A stretch of DNA of 64,000 nucleotides, from positions 1-64,000 of the forward strand of contig CAVYVF010000007.1 in NCBI GenBank assembly GCA_963771885.1. Reading direction: 5' to 3'. Of this stretch, positions 1 through 10,433 are shown one piece after another. Both the position numbers and the translations under genes were made by a program. This DNA is from Candidatus Bathyarchaeota archaeon (GTDB lineage Archaea; Thermoproteota; Bathyarchaeia; TCS64). Positions within the stretch are counted from its first letter, which is position 1; every line of letters starts with the position of its first letter. The notes below the pieces were generated by a model. The model saw only the letters and a program-made list of their open reading frames with translations. It was not told the DNA's origin and did not search any database.

Positions 1-603
1 TTTGGCAACATCCGTGGCTACGCAGTTACATCGATGCTGCTCTCTCTTGTCGGTAACATCGTTCTGCCCTTCTGGGTCGTTTACGCTACTGAGGTGTCGA
101 AGCTGACCGCTTATGACTGGGGGATAGTGTTGTTGGTCGGCGGTGTGACGAAGACACTTGTGAGCCTCTTCGTCGGCGGATTGGTTGACCGCATCGGGTC
201 TAGGAAGTGTATGCTCATTGGCTTCGCGATAGCGATCCCGACGATGAGTCTATTCACATACATGAACAGCTTCTGGACTGTTGTCCCGGTCTATATGGCG
301 CTGATCACGGCAAGTTCGCTGATGTGGATCTCGTCCTCCGTCTATCTGGCGGACACGATTCCGAGGGCGAGCCGCGGGAGGATCATGTCTGGTCTGGGTT
401 CGGGTATGAGCATAGGCGTTAGTGGTGGCGGCTACGCGAGTGGCTTCCTCGTCTTCATCCCCATGGCGATAGGTAGCAAGCTTGGCGGATTCATATACAC
501 GTACAACCCCGCCTATCCCTGGTTCATACAGAGCATCTTCCTCGTCGTGGCGATGATCCTCTGCTACCGATACATCAAGGATCCGAAGAAGGTAGAGCAG
601 TAA
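1..603 (+). CDS. MFS transporter (5'-partial, C-terminal half)
   Basis: Frame open from base 1; multiple TM helices; MFS motif GGLVDRIGSRK and DTIPRASRGR. Confidence 0.85.
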   Translation, partial: FGNIRGYAVTSMLLSLVGNIVLPFWVVYATEVSKLTAYDWGIVLLVGGVTKTLVSLFVGGLVDRIGSRKCMLIGFAIAIPTMSLFTYMNSFWTVVPVYMALITASSLMWISSSVYLADTIPRASRGRIMSGLGSGMSIGVSGGGYASGFLVFIPMAIGSKLGGFIYTYNPAYPWFIQSIFLVVAMILCYRYIKDPKKVEQ

Positions 604-641
604 GAATTTTTGCTTCCTGGGGTCGGGGGGCTTAGTTCGAT

Positions 642-2033
642 TTAGTATGGTAGCTTGTTTTGCCAGATCTTCTTCTGGTCTGGGTGCTCCTCGAAGAACT
701 TGTCGATGATCGCGTCACATGTCCTCTGGGCGGTTATTAGTGCCTTCTTCATGTCGATCGTCTGCATCGCGCCGTCTCTCTTGAGCCATTTTCCGTCGCA
801 GATGACGTTGTCTATGTCCCCGGGTGTTGCGTAGAGGAAGACGCTTGTGAGTGGCTCGCGTGTGGGCGTGAGGTAGGGGTTGAGCATGTTGACTGTGATG
901 ATGTCCGCTTTCTTGCCGGGTTCGATGCTTCCAACCTTATCGGCGATTCCGAGTGCCTCTGCTCCTCCCCTTGTGGAGCGTTCGAGCATCTCGTAGAAGC
1001 TGGGACGGGCTGTCCTGCGGCTGTCGTTTATCATCCCGTCTGAGCCTCCGATTAGGCGGGCGCGCGTCATCTGTCCCTGTCGGATCTCGCGGAGTAGGTC
1101 GTTCATGTTGTGGAAGTAGTCGTCTGTGCCGAATCCGACGGGGATTCCCCTGTCTATCCATGTGTTCAGGGGGTTCTCAACTGCGTGACAGTGGAGGATA
1201 GCCATCCCCGTTTTCTGTATTAGCTGCATGTCCTTCTCCGTCGCGTATGTCAGGTGGGCTCCGCTGAGCTTGTCGTCCATCACTCCGAGGTCATAGAGGT
1301 GCTGAGGCGGGGTCTTCCCGTAGAGCTTCATGACCTGGCGGTACTCGCGCATACTCTGGCTGAGGTGGGTGGTCATACGTAGCCCATGCTTCTCAGCGAA
1401 GTCCCTGCACTTGTGGTAGACTTCGGGCTCCGCCATATCGGGCGCCTTCGGGCACATTATGGTTGTTATGCGTCCCTCTGCCTTGCCGTGCCAGTTCGTG
1501 TAGAGGTCGGTTGCGCGCCTGATCGCCTTGTCTCGCTTGTCAGGGAGGTACTCGAAGACCCCGCTGCGGAGCTTCTCGAGGTCCACGTGCTCGATGTCGC
1601 CGGCGACGATACAACGGTTGCCCGCTTCGGAGACGGCGCGGGCCCAGCCGTCGGGGTAGGTGTAGATGAGCATGCTCGTCGTGCATCCACCGTAGATGAG
1701 CTCGGCTGTGGAGGCTGAGCCGAGTGTCTCCATCTGCTCCTCTCTGCGGTAGCCCTCGAGGGGTAGGTTTGTCTCGAAGAAGTCGCCCATTAGCTCGTAA
1801 ACTCCTCTGAAGTATTGCTGGAGGTGGGTGTGGGCGTTCACGAATCCGGGCATGACTACCTTGTTTGATGCGTCGAGTGTGTACTCGGGGCTGCGGGGCG
1901 GTTTGACCTTCTTCCCGACCTCGGTGATGTGGTCGTCCTCTATGAGGACCTCCCCGTGTGGGTAGACTTGCTTCGCCTCGTCCATCGTTGCTACGAATGC
2001 GTTCTTGATGTGGATGCTCGTCAAGGGCTTCAC
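642..2033 (-). CDS. Metal-dependent amidohydrolase (MtaD/SsnA/Atz-Trz-like deaminase family)
   Basis: PGFVNAHTH, THLSQS, GFGTDD, GSIEPGKKADI motifs; GTG start. Confidence 0.85.
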   Translation of the reverse strand: MKPLTSIHIKNAFVATMDEAKQVYPHGEVLIEDDHITEVGKKVKPPRSPEYTLDASNKVVMPGFVNAHTHLQQYFRGVYELMGDFFETNLPLEGYRREEQMETLGSASTAELIYGGCTTSMLIYTYPDGWARAVSEAGNRCIVAGDIEHVDLEKLRSGVFEYLPDKRDKAIRRATDLYTNWHGKAEGRITTIMCPKAPDMAEPEVYHKCRDFAEKHGLRMTTHLSQSMREYRQVMKLYGKTPPQHLYDLGVMDDKLSGAHLTYATEKDMQLIQKTGMAILHCHAVENPLNTWIDRGIPVGFGTDDYFHNMNDLLREIRQGQMTRARLIGGSDGMINDSRRTARPSFYEMLERSTRGGAEALGIADKVGSIEPGKKADIITVNMLNPYLTPTREPLTSVFLYATPGDIDNVICDGKWLKRDGAMQTIDMKKALITAQRTCDAIIDKFFEEHPDQKKIWQNKLPY

Positions 2034-2270
2034 CTGTTCGATGTAATTGTGCCGACCACGTTTTTAGCGTCTGCGCCTTGCTTATGGCGTGTTAATCATC
2101 ATAACGAGGAAAAAATAGCTTAGTTATGAATACTTGCGACTTTTACTTAGATCTCGACATCGCTAACTGGAAGCCGACTCCGAGAATTATGCTCGCCGCG
2201 CGCTAGCCTGTTAAGAAATTAAATAGTTCCAAAGCTACACCTGTGCGCGTGCGTATTCGTAGAAATGAAT

Positions 2271-3179
2271 TCATTTCTTTTCGATGAGCTGGCAGACTCG
2301 ACACATATCACCTACTGATGGTTCGCCACATATCTTACAGGTCTTCATAACCTCGGCGGTCGCTGCCGCGGGTATGAGTTTGAGTGCTGTATTGTACGTC
2401 GTGAATAGGATGCCGGGGCGCTTCGCCTCCATCTCGTTGAGGAAGGTGCGTGTGTCGCTCCTCATCGCCTCGCCGGCGTATGGGCATGGGGTGCTCTGCA
2501 GCTCAAAGCCCTGCAAGTAGGCGTAGAAGGCGGTCTCTCTCTCGGGGATGTCGCAGAGGGGCTTTACGCGGCGGACAAAGCCGGGGCTCGCGTAGCCGCC
2601 GGGGTCGAGGCTAGCCATTCTCCCGACGTCACCGCGTAGGAGGTTGAGGAGCGCGCTCTGCGCCATGTCGTTGAGGGTGTGCCCCGTTGCGAGCCTGTCG
2701 GCGTCCACACTCTTCGCTGCCTCATTCAATGCTCGCCGCCTTAAGACTCCGCAGAAGCTGCAGGCTCCTAAGGTCCTGTCCCGCGCCGCTATCTCATCCA
2801 TCGAGGCGCCGAAGAGGTCGCGGAAGGAGACGAGGCGCCACTCGACGCCCATCTCCCTGCAGGCGCGCTCCACAATGCCTAGGGCCTCGTCCCTATAGCC
2901 TCCTATGCCCTCGTCGACGGTGACAGCGATCAGCTCGGAGCCGTGCGTCTCGTCCTCTATCTCCTTGAGTATGTGGAGGAGGGTGAGGCTGTCCTTGCCG
3001 CCACTCACAGCGACGGCGACGCGGCTCCAGTGATCGAGCATCCTGTACCTGTTGATCGTGGTCTGGACGCGCTCCCTGAGGCTGTTCTTAAAGCAGGTGG
3101 GGCAGAGGCGCTCGCCGCTGTATGGGCGGTAGATGACTGATGGCCTAGAGTGGCACTTGGAGCATATGGTGGAAGACAA
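2271..3179 (-). CDS. ncsA: tRNA 2-thiolation protein NcsA/TtuA/Ctu1 family (TIGR00269-like)
   Basis: N-terminal CxxC..CxxC, PP-loop SGGKDS, CSFCGVLRRR, ATGH, C-terminal zinc finger; likely TTG start at 3179 just after the upstream ubiquitin-like gene. Confidence 0.85.
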   Translation of the reverse strand: MSSTICSKCHSRPSVIYRPYSGERLCPTCFKNSLRERVQTTINRYRMLDHWSRVAVAVSGGKDSLTLLHILKEIEDETHGSELIAVTVDEGIGGYRDEALGIVERACREMGVEWRLVSFRDLFGASMDEIAARDRTLGACSFCGVLRRRALNEAAKSVDADRLATGHTLNDMAQSALLNLLRGDVGRMASLDPGGYASPGFVRRVKPLCDIPERETAFYAYLQGFELQSTPCPYAGEAMRSDTRTFLNEMEAKRPGILFTTYNTALKLIPAAATAEVMKTCKICGEPSVGDMCRVCQLIEKK

Positions 3180-3180
3180 T

Positions 3181-3447
3181 TCATCGCCCCCCATGCGTCA
3201 CGGGCACGAACACAACCTCAGAGCCCTCACCGAGAATAGTATCTAGCCCGTCAAGAACTCCGATCTCGACACCGCCGAGCATCACGAGGTTCTCAATGCT
3301 GTCGAGCACGCCCGCGAGTGATGGATACTCCTCGATGATCCTTTTTTTCAGGGTGGAAATGCTAGCGTCCTCCGGCACCTCGAAATTCGCCTCCTTCGGC
3401 ACCCCGGGCTGCCTCAGCGACCCCAGCAGCCTTACCCTGACCCGCAT
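3181..3447 (-). CDS. MoaD/ThiS/SAMP ubiquitin-like sulfur carrier
   Basis: 88 aa beta-grasp pattern ending PVTHGGR; directly upstream of ncsA. Confidence 0.8.
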   Translation of the reverse strand: MRVRVRLLGSLRQPGVPKEANFEVPEDASISTLKKRIIEEYPSLAGVLDSIENLVMLGGVEIGVLDGLDTILGEGSEVVFVPVTHGGR

Positions 3448-3576
3448 GGGTGAGTCTCACAGCCGCCCATCCTATAAAACCTACACTGGGTGCTGAGAAG
3501 GGTTTAAGACGTAGCCCAACAAATACTGAGCCGAAATGTGCCCGCCGAGGGCGCAGAGAGATGAGAGGGACCCGAA

Positions 3577-3798
3577 ATGTCACCTTACTGCCCAGACTGT
3601 GGGGGAAAGTTAAACTGGGACCGCAAGCTCAAGCACTACAGCTGCGAGAGCTGCGGCGTGACGCTGAACGAGGCTCAGCTCAGCGACGCCATGGACAAGA
3701 AGTACGAGCGCACCATGACGGACGACGAGAAGACCCGCCAGCGCCACGACGACTACCTCGAGTGGTGGCTCAGCGACAAGGACAAGAAGAAAAAGTAG
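3577..3798 (+). CDS. Small zinc-ribbon protein
   Basis: CPDCGG...CESCG followed by a charged helix ending YLEWWL. Confidence 0.7.
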   Translation: MSPYCPDCGGKLNWDRKLKHYSCESCGVTLNEAQLSDAMDKKYERTMTDDEKTRQRHDDYLEWWLSDKDKKKK

Positions 3799-3924
3799 CC
3801 ACACACCCCTTTTATACACAGAAACATAGGTGATTTACACTCCTAGTACTTACTGTAATTTCTAGCAGGCATCATTATTTTAAACAGCAACCCACTATAA
3901 CCAATTACCCAAGGGTGCCCCTTC

Positions 3925-4578
3925 ATGGTCTTTCCAATCGAGAGCGAGGACAGGACGCTTCGTAACCTGCTTATGCTCTGCCAGGACAATGCCCGCCTCG
4001 TCGTCGAAGCCTACCGCAAGTCACTGATTCTCTTCGACTATATGACGAAGGGGAAACCTGCAGGGAACTCCGACCCACTTGCTGACATACACAAGATACT
4101 AGACGACTCCTACAAGGTCAAGGCGTCTACTGTCAAGGAGCTTAGCGAGATCGGCGGCATACTCGTTAGCCGCGACGACTTCCTCCGTCTCTCAAGTAGC
4201 TTCAGCGGTATGATGGACTCAATTGAGGTCATCACAATGAGGCTCACGGAGGTAAAGTCGCGTGACTGGAAGCTTAGCAAGTCTCAAGCGGAGGGCATGG
4301 GGGCGATGGTCGACCTTGGCTTCGATGCCTTGACCAAGCTAAGGGATAGCATCATGAGTCTCGGTTTCAACAGTGAGAAGGCGACGAGCTTCGCTAAGGA
4401 CATAGACGAGATAGAGAAGAAGCTCGACCTTCTATACATCAAGCTGGACGTCGACATAGTCACAGGGAAGGGCGAACTCGCCTCAATTCTCATCATTCGC
4501 GACGTCGCGCGCGAGCTCGAGCGCCTTGGCGACAAGGTGCATGAGGCTAGTGACCTCGTGCGCATCCTAGCCCTCTAG
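3925..4578 (+). CDS. DUF47/PhoU-like helical protein
   Basis: Duplicated helical bundle with RDDF..L, IDEIEKKLD, LERLGDKVHEASD. Confidence 0.75.
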   Translation: MVFPIESEDRTLRNLLMLCQDNARLVVEAYRKSLILFDYMTKGKPAGNSDPLADIHKILDDSYKVKASTVKELSEIGGILVSRDDFLRLSSSFSGMMDSIEVITMRLTEVKSRDWKLSKSQAEGMGAMVDLGFDALTKLRDSIMSLGFNSEKATSFAKDIDEIEKKLDLLYIKLDVDIVTGKGELASILIIRDVARELERLGDKVHEASDLVRILAL

Positions 4579-4589
4579 GGGGCGTACTC

Positions 4590-5138
4590 TTGAAAGATGC
4601 GCCCGTCGAGGTCGAGGTACTCGCCGACGGGCGGCTGGTCATCTGGTCAATAGAGGATAGCAGGCAGCTATTCAACGCCGACTTCTACGGGAAACCCCTC
4701 GGTAACCCGAAGCCTAAGGAGGACTTCGACGAGCCCCTCATACTCGACCTCATTGAAGGCGTCTACTTGGCAGAGAAGAAGGCAATCAGAGTCACGTCAA
4801 AGGGCAGAAGGATGGGAATCACCGCCCTAAGGAAGCTGGCAAGGGAGAAGCTCAAGGGCTTCGACGCCCTCTTTACCGTCTACAGCGACCTACGGGAGAA
4901 GGATTTCGTCGTCACCCCTGGGATAAAGTACGGCTGCGACTTCGCCGTCTACGAGCAGGGTCCCGGTATCGACCACGCCCCATACATCATACAGGTGATG
5001 AGTCGCGAGGACAGCATGTCCGCCACCGAGATAGTCAAGGCGGGGCGCCTCGCCTCGACGGTGAGGAAGACCTTTATCGCTGCCCTACCTGGCAAGAAAG
5101 GCGTCGAGTACCTGGAGTTCAAGTGGTGGAAGGCATAG
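4590..5138 (+). CDS. endA: tRNA-intron endonuclease (catalytic subunit)
   Basis: YGKP, LDLIEGVYL, GIKYGCDFAVY, HAPY, RLASTVRK (Y/H/K triad). Confidence 0.92.
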   Translation: MKDAPVEVEVLADGRLVIWSIEDSRQLFNADFYGKPLGNPKPKEDFDEPLILDLIEGVYLAEKKAIRVTSKGRRMGITALRKLAREKLKGFDALFTVYSDLREKDFVVTPGIKYGCDFAVYEQGPGIDHAPYIIQVMSREDSMSATEIVKAGRLASTVRKTFIAALPGKKGVEYLEFKWWKA

Positions 5139-5245
5139 TGCCTAGAAACGCGCGACACCTCCATCAATTCATTACTAACAGGCACCAGGTGGCTACGGTA
5201 CGCGGAGATTATCGAGGAAACTTCTCAAGATAATCGAAATAAGCT

Positions 5246-6338
5246 CTAGCTCTCTTCCTCATCGGTATCGGGTTCCTCTGGTTCGACCGGGATGTCGTTC
5301 TTCATGAACTCGCGGAGCACGACAGTGGCGTATCCACCCGCGGGGAGGGTGAACTGAAGGGTGACTCCCTCGTCATGCTTCGAGGCTGAAATTTCTGGGA
5401 GAAGTCTACCGAGGCGCCTCGTGCCGTCAGCCCCGATCCGGCGCAACTCCTCGATCGTGATGCCCGACGCGGCGAAGACCGCGTCCTCCATCTCCTTCGC
5501 CTCGTACCTCGCCTCCCTCATCTTGTACCCATAGATGGGGGCAGTGAAACTGATCTCACCCGCATCGAAGCGGGGTTGCTCGACCGTTGCGTCCTCAACG
5601 GTGAAAACGCCGCCAGTATCGTGCTTCTTGGCGAGGTCGCCGTGGAGTATCCTCGTAAAGTTACCCGAGTCGACCCTATTCGCGAGGTACCGGTTACAGA
5701 GGTGGCTGAGGTAGCTGGAGACTAGGAACCTGCGGAGCCACCTATTACGCTCCCTGAACCTGCCCTTTATGAGGTCGAGGCCGTCGATGACATTCCTGCC
5801 GTCCTTTCCTATCCTCTGTGTGCCAAAGTAGTTGGGGATGCCGAGCTTGGCGACCGCCTTCTGAATATCATCCGCTTTACGAAGAGCGGAGGCGGGACTA
5901 TCGTCGAGACCCGTGACCGTGATAGTGAACGTGTTGCCTTTGAGGTGACCCGAACGAAGCTTCTTCGGATGCCTGTCAGCCCAGTTAACTGTGACCCCGA
6001 GACCAGACTCGATGATCTTGGCCACGTCCTCCGGCTTCCCCTCCGGCAATAAGTATACTGAAGGTCTGAGTGGAAACGGCGTGCTTGTCCTTCAGCCCTG
6101 CGTGGCCGACATCCTCCCTCCTTATCCCAAGGATGCCCGCCATATCGATCTGGGTGTCCCTAGTCGTCCTCCCCTTCTTGGTTATACTCATGTAGACGTG
6201 GTCGCCGTAGCCGAGGGGCTCGTATGCGGGTACCTCGACGACGCTGAAAAGCTCGGGTCTAGCCCTTATGGCGCCGCCGATGCCGGGGAGGTCAGGGGTG
6301 ATGTAGGGAAGCCTCAGATCGAGCGGCGTGTCGGCCAT
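5246..6338 (-). CDS. truD: tRNA pseudouridine(13) synthase TruD, one frameshift near 6049
   Basis: HAGLKDKHAVSTQ in 5' frame; GHLKGNTF, PNYFGTQR, FTLPAGGYATVVLRE in 3' frame; extra T in CTTATTGCCG. Confidence 0.88.
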
Positions 6339-6373
6339 TTCGCTTGAATAGGGAGAGGCTGGGGAAAAAGGGT

Positions 6374-7426
6374 TTAGGTGGACTGGGGGCTCCAGTCGGG
6401 CACGGTCCAAGGGAGTTTCTTGCCCTCCGTATACGCCCTAAGCGGGTTCCTGTAGGGGAATAACGCGACAGCTCCGCCGGTGTGGAGGAAGAGAACGTTG
6501 TCACGTTTCTTGAACTTCTTCTTCCGGCAGAGGTCAATGAGGCAGGCCATCGCTGTCGCCGTGTAGACGGGGTCGATGAACATCCCCTCAACCTCCGCTA
6601 GAATCTTAACCGCCTCCGCTTTCCCCGCATCTATCCACCCATATCCTCCGCCCACATACTCGTTATAAACGACGATATCGCTAACGGGTATCTCGACTTC
6701 GAGACCCAAGACGTCGTAGCTATCATTTATTATCTGGTTGACGTGCGCCTGCTGCTCTTCGACGCTCGTCCAACCGACCGCTGCGCCGATGATCTTCGTC
6801 CCCATGTTAAGGGCGCGAGCACCCATAACGAGCCCTGCCTGTGTACCGCCTGAGCCGGTGCCGTGGACAAGATAGTCGAAGTCGACGCCGATGTCAGAGG
6901 ATTGGTTGAAGGTCTCCAGCATAGCATTGACGTAGCCAGCCGCGCCTAGGGGCACCGATCCACCGACAGGAATGAAGTAGGGATTCTTCCCCTTCTTCCT
7001 CTGCGCCTCCATCTCGGCGTCGAGCGCCGCCTGGAACTTCTCGGGGCGCACAACCTTGATCTCGCCGCCCATAAGCTCATGGAGGAGGTGATTACCATCC
7101 CACTCCTTTGGCTCCCAGCCCTCCTTCGGACCGTTCTTTACCAGGACAATATCGAGCCCAAGCTTACGCGCGGCAGCGGCGGTCTGCGTACACCAGTTGG
7201 AATGGAAACCAGCGCCCGTGACGATAACGTCCGCCTTCTTCGCTAAGGCGTCGCCCATCAGGTACTCGAGTTTCCTTGCCTTGTTGCCTCCGAAGGCGAG
7301 ACCCGTCAGGTCGTCCCTCTTCACCCAGATTCGAGGCCCGCCCAACCACTTGGTAAGGTTGGGCAACTCATGTATGGGTGTGGGAAGGTTCGCGAGGCGT
7401 GCACGTGGCAGTGATCCTAGCTTCAT
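6374..7426 (-). CDS. PLP-dependent D-cysteine desulfhydrase / ACC deaminase family
   Basis: KRDDLTG..GGNKARKLEYL, GSGGTQAG, DPVYT, FLHTGG. Confidence 0.88.
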   Translation of the reverse strand: MKLGSLPRARLANLPTPIHELPNLTKWLGGPRIWVKRDDLTGLAFGGNKARKLEYLMGDALAKKADVIVTGAGFHSNWCTQTAAAARKLGLDIVLVKNGPKEGWEPKEWDGNHLLHELMGGEIKVVRPEKFQAALDAEMEAQRKKGKNPYFIPVGGSVPLGAAGYVNAMLETFNQSSDIGVDFDYLVHGTGSGGTQAGLVMGARALNMGTKIIGAAVGWTSVEEQQAHVNQIINDSYDVLGLEVEIPVSDIVVYNEYVGGGYGWIDAGKAEAVKILAEVEGMFIDPVYTATAMACLIDLCRKKKFKKRDNVLFLHTGGAVALFPYRNPLRAYTEGKKLPWTVPDWSPQST

Positions 7427-7508
7427 ATCAATCGGTGAGTAGTCCTCTCATGAATCTATAACATCTTTCCCCGAAGGATTTATCCCGCTTCTTTTAACAG
7501 GAAGTCTG

Positions 7509-8491
7509 TTGACGGCTCAATACACCTGCAGGTGGTTCCAGGAGAGCGATCTAGACGCCTACATGCGAGGGCTTAACGAGACGCTCTACGAAGAGTACAA
7601 CGAAGCCCGATTCAGGTGGAAGATGGTCGACACACCGTGGAATCTCGGCTTCGTCTCGATAGCCACCGTCGAGCACCATGGAGTGCCCGTCGCCTTCAAC
7701 AGCTTCCTCCCATTACGCGTCAGGTGCGGGCCGACACCTTTTCCATCATCCAAGGCTGCGACGGCTTCGTCGAGCCCAAGCATAGACACATGGGGCTCTT
7801 CCAGGATACCCTGAAATTCATGTTCAAGGAATTCGCAGCGGCTGGACCTCAGATGCTAATGGGCTTCAACTTCTCGGGCTCCGCTGGGGCGGCGCAGAAG
7901 GTTGGATCCACTCTCATCGGCGACGTGCACGCCCTATGCGCTAAAGCGGGCGATCTCACCAAGATGAGCGTCGAGGGAGAGGACGATGTAGACATAGTCC
8001 CATGCAGCCTCGACGAGCTCCACCGCATCTACGAGGGCTGGGTCGCTAACACGGGGAAGCTCCACTACGATAAGACGCCAGAGTACCTGCGCTGGAGGTA
8101 CAGCCACCCCATAAGGCAGAGCTGCTTCTACCGCATCCGTGATGCGGGGGAAGAGGGCTACACCGCCGTCAGCCTTGAGCAGGACGGAGCCTCGAACACT
8201 CTCTTCCTTGAAGATTACACGCCCATGGCTGAGAAGGCTCGCGTCATCTCAGCCCTGATAAAATGCGTCCTAGGTCGGGGAGAACCCGTGAACGAGGTAT
8301 ACATCACAGCCCCCATATGCTCGCCTATCTACGCCGCAGCACAGACGCTCGGATTTGCACCCGATCACCTCTACACCCTGATTATGAGAAACATCAGGGG
8401 ATTGGAGGTGCGGGATAAGAGGCTGTTCAGGGGTAGCATCGAATTAACAGACGTATCTGGCTGGCACATCACGTCGTCGGACGTCTTCTAG
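7509..8491 (+). CDS. GNAT-family acetyltransferase, frameshift near 7728
   Basis: Two overlapping ORFs join into YNEARFRWK...DGFVEPKHRHMGLF...YLRWRY. Confidence 0.7.
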
Positions 8492-8630
8492 CCATTGAGT
8501 TATTTTTAAAAAAATTATGATCAATTGTCGTGTATGCTATTCAGACGAAGTGTATGTCGGGATTGATCAGCGCGCGCTCATAGATAATGCTAAAAATGCG
8601 CATAATTTACTCACATAAGTAGGGATCATT

Positions 8631-8982
8631 ATGCCTCATGTTGTTTTAAATGGGAATACTTCAATCGGGGAAATTTTTGATAGATTTGAGCCATTGTTCA
8701 TTAGAAAAGAGGGCATTATTCTAAAGACTGTGGATTTTTATATTAATCGCGAAAAGAATGCTATTCTAGTTGATTCATTAGTCGTCATGTCCGGGGGGAA
8801 CACAGTTTTCCCTCGCATTTATTTCAGGGCGAAGTGACGGCGTCGTCGTTAGACTGTTCCCAAAGATGGATGTTGAGAAGACTGAGTATGTTAAGAGGAC
8901 TTTAGTTGAGTTGGCAAAGCAGTTGCTAACAATGTTTCCTAATTTCAAAGTTGGGGATACTAATCTGGGCGACTATTTTTAG
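8631..8982 (+). CDS. Hypothetical protein, frameshifted near 8810-8820
   Basis: MPHVVLNG... continues in another frame as ISGRSDGVVVRLFPKMDVEKTEYVKRTLVELAKQL...GDTNLGDYF*; AT-rich. Confidence 0.6.
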
Positions 8983-9011
8983 GAGAATGCGCGAGCATTC
9001 CACTCATTTTT

Positions 9012-10433
9012 TTAGCCCTTAAGCCAGTCAACTTCGTCTTCTTCTAGCTCGAGCCATGCCGTCGTCGCTTCACCGCCCTCCTTGTTCCTGTACATGAGGC
9101 GTAGAAGGGGTATGACCTCGGAGACGGCTTCCTTACTCGATATGTGGCACTTGAGGGCGACCTTCGCTGCTACCGACTGAAGCTTTCGGCGGCTGTGGTA
9201 TGTGCGTATGTAGCGCCACTTGAGCTGTGGTGGGCGAAGGTAGGGGATGGACCAGCCGTTGCCGCCCCTGACCCACATGGCGCCGAGCCCGCGAAGCGCA
9301 TCATTGACGCGCCTCCAGTCGTCACCCATGTACTTTATGGGTTTCACGAGCATGCCCTGCGCTGTCTCCTGGTAGGCGAAGGCGCTCTGCTGGTAACCCA
9401 GCTTGGCGACGGCGGTTGACACCTGCTTGCGAAGCCCGAGTCCCTCACTGTGCCCCCGGGCGAAGGCGACGCCACCCGTCATCGCGTTGAACATATACTT
9501 CTGCAGCCTATAGCTGCTCATCCTCGCCCTCTTCGCGTAGATGTCTGCGCGGCTCAGAGCCTCCAGTCCCTCGGCGAGGTCCCTCTTATCATCCAGGATA
9601 AGCGGGAGATTCTCGTATATCCAGTCGAATAGCTCCTCGTGCTCGATGTACGCCTGGTTGATGGACTTACGTGCCTCCCAGAGGGTCTTGGCGGAGAAGA
9701 TGTTGAGGACGATGGCGGGGGTGTAGTCCTGCCGGTCCCTCACGCTTAACTTCTCAACGTCCTCAACTGACACGGCGCCCTTACCGCGGGCGATGGATTC
9801 GAGGTCGTTTATCGCGGAGCGTAGGTCCCCAGTGCTGTGGACCGCTAGGGCATCGAGGGCGTCCGGCGGGGCGTCGAGTTTGAGCTCCTTGGATATCCTC
9901 TCCAGCTTCGCGTAGACATCCATCGTCGGTATGGACTTGAACTCGATTGCGATCGCCTTATCCCTGAGAGGGCGGAACTTCTCCTCGTTGCCCTCGGCGA
10001 TCGCCGTGGCGATAAGTACGATGGGGACGCGCGTCGTCTTTATGATATCGACGATAGCTGAGATGCCGCCCAAGTCCTCGTGACCGCTCACACCCTCCAT
10101 CTCGTCGAAGAGGATGAGACGCCGCTTACCAAAAATGGTGACGTTCTGCGTCGTGGCTCTGCCGATGAGCTCCTCCATCCTCGTACGTGTGCGGTAGTCG
10201 CTCGCGTTGATCTCAAGGAGGTCGAAGCCGAGCTCCTCGGCGAGTACGTGGACGGTGCTCGTCTTCCCGGTGCCTGGTGGGCCGTGGAGGAAGACGGCGC
10301 GCTCCTTCGGCACACCCTTCTCCCAGCCACGGAGCCAGAGCCTGAGCTCGTTCACCGCCTCCCTGTTGTCGGCGATGTCCGCGACGATGCGTGGTCTGAA
10401 CCTGACCGCCCAGGGTAGCCTGTCGGCACTCAA
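9012..10433 (-). CDS. rfcL: Replication factor C large subunit
   Basis: PWAVRFRP, GPPGTGKT, EINASDYR, DEMEG, GDLRSAINDL; overlaps rfcS stop. Confidence 0.92.
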   Translation of the reverse strand: MSADRLPWAVRFRPRIVADIADNREAVNELRLWLRGWEKGVPKERAVFLHGPPGTGKTSTVHVLAEELGFDLLEINASDYRTRTRMEELIGRATTQNVTIFGKRRLILFDEMEGVSGHEDLGGISAIVDIIKTTRVPIVLIATAIAEGNEEKFRPLRDKAIAIEFKSIPTMDVYAKLERISKELKLDAPPDALDALAVHSTGDLRSAINDLESIARGKGAVSVEDVEKLSVRDRQDYTPAIVLNIFSAKTLWEARKSINQAYIEHEELFDWIYENLPLILDDKRDLAEGLEALSRADIYAKRARMSSYRLQKYMFNAMTGGVAFARGHSEGLGLRKQVSTAVAKLGYQQSAFAYQETAQGMLVKPIKYMGDDWRRVNDALRGLGAMWVRGGNGWSIPYLRPPQLKWRYIRTYHSRRKLQSVAAKVALKCHISSKEAVSEVIPLLRLMYRNKEGGEATTAWLELEEDEVDWLKG

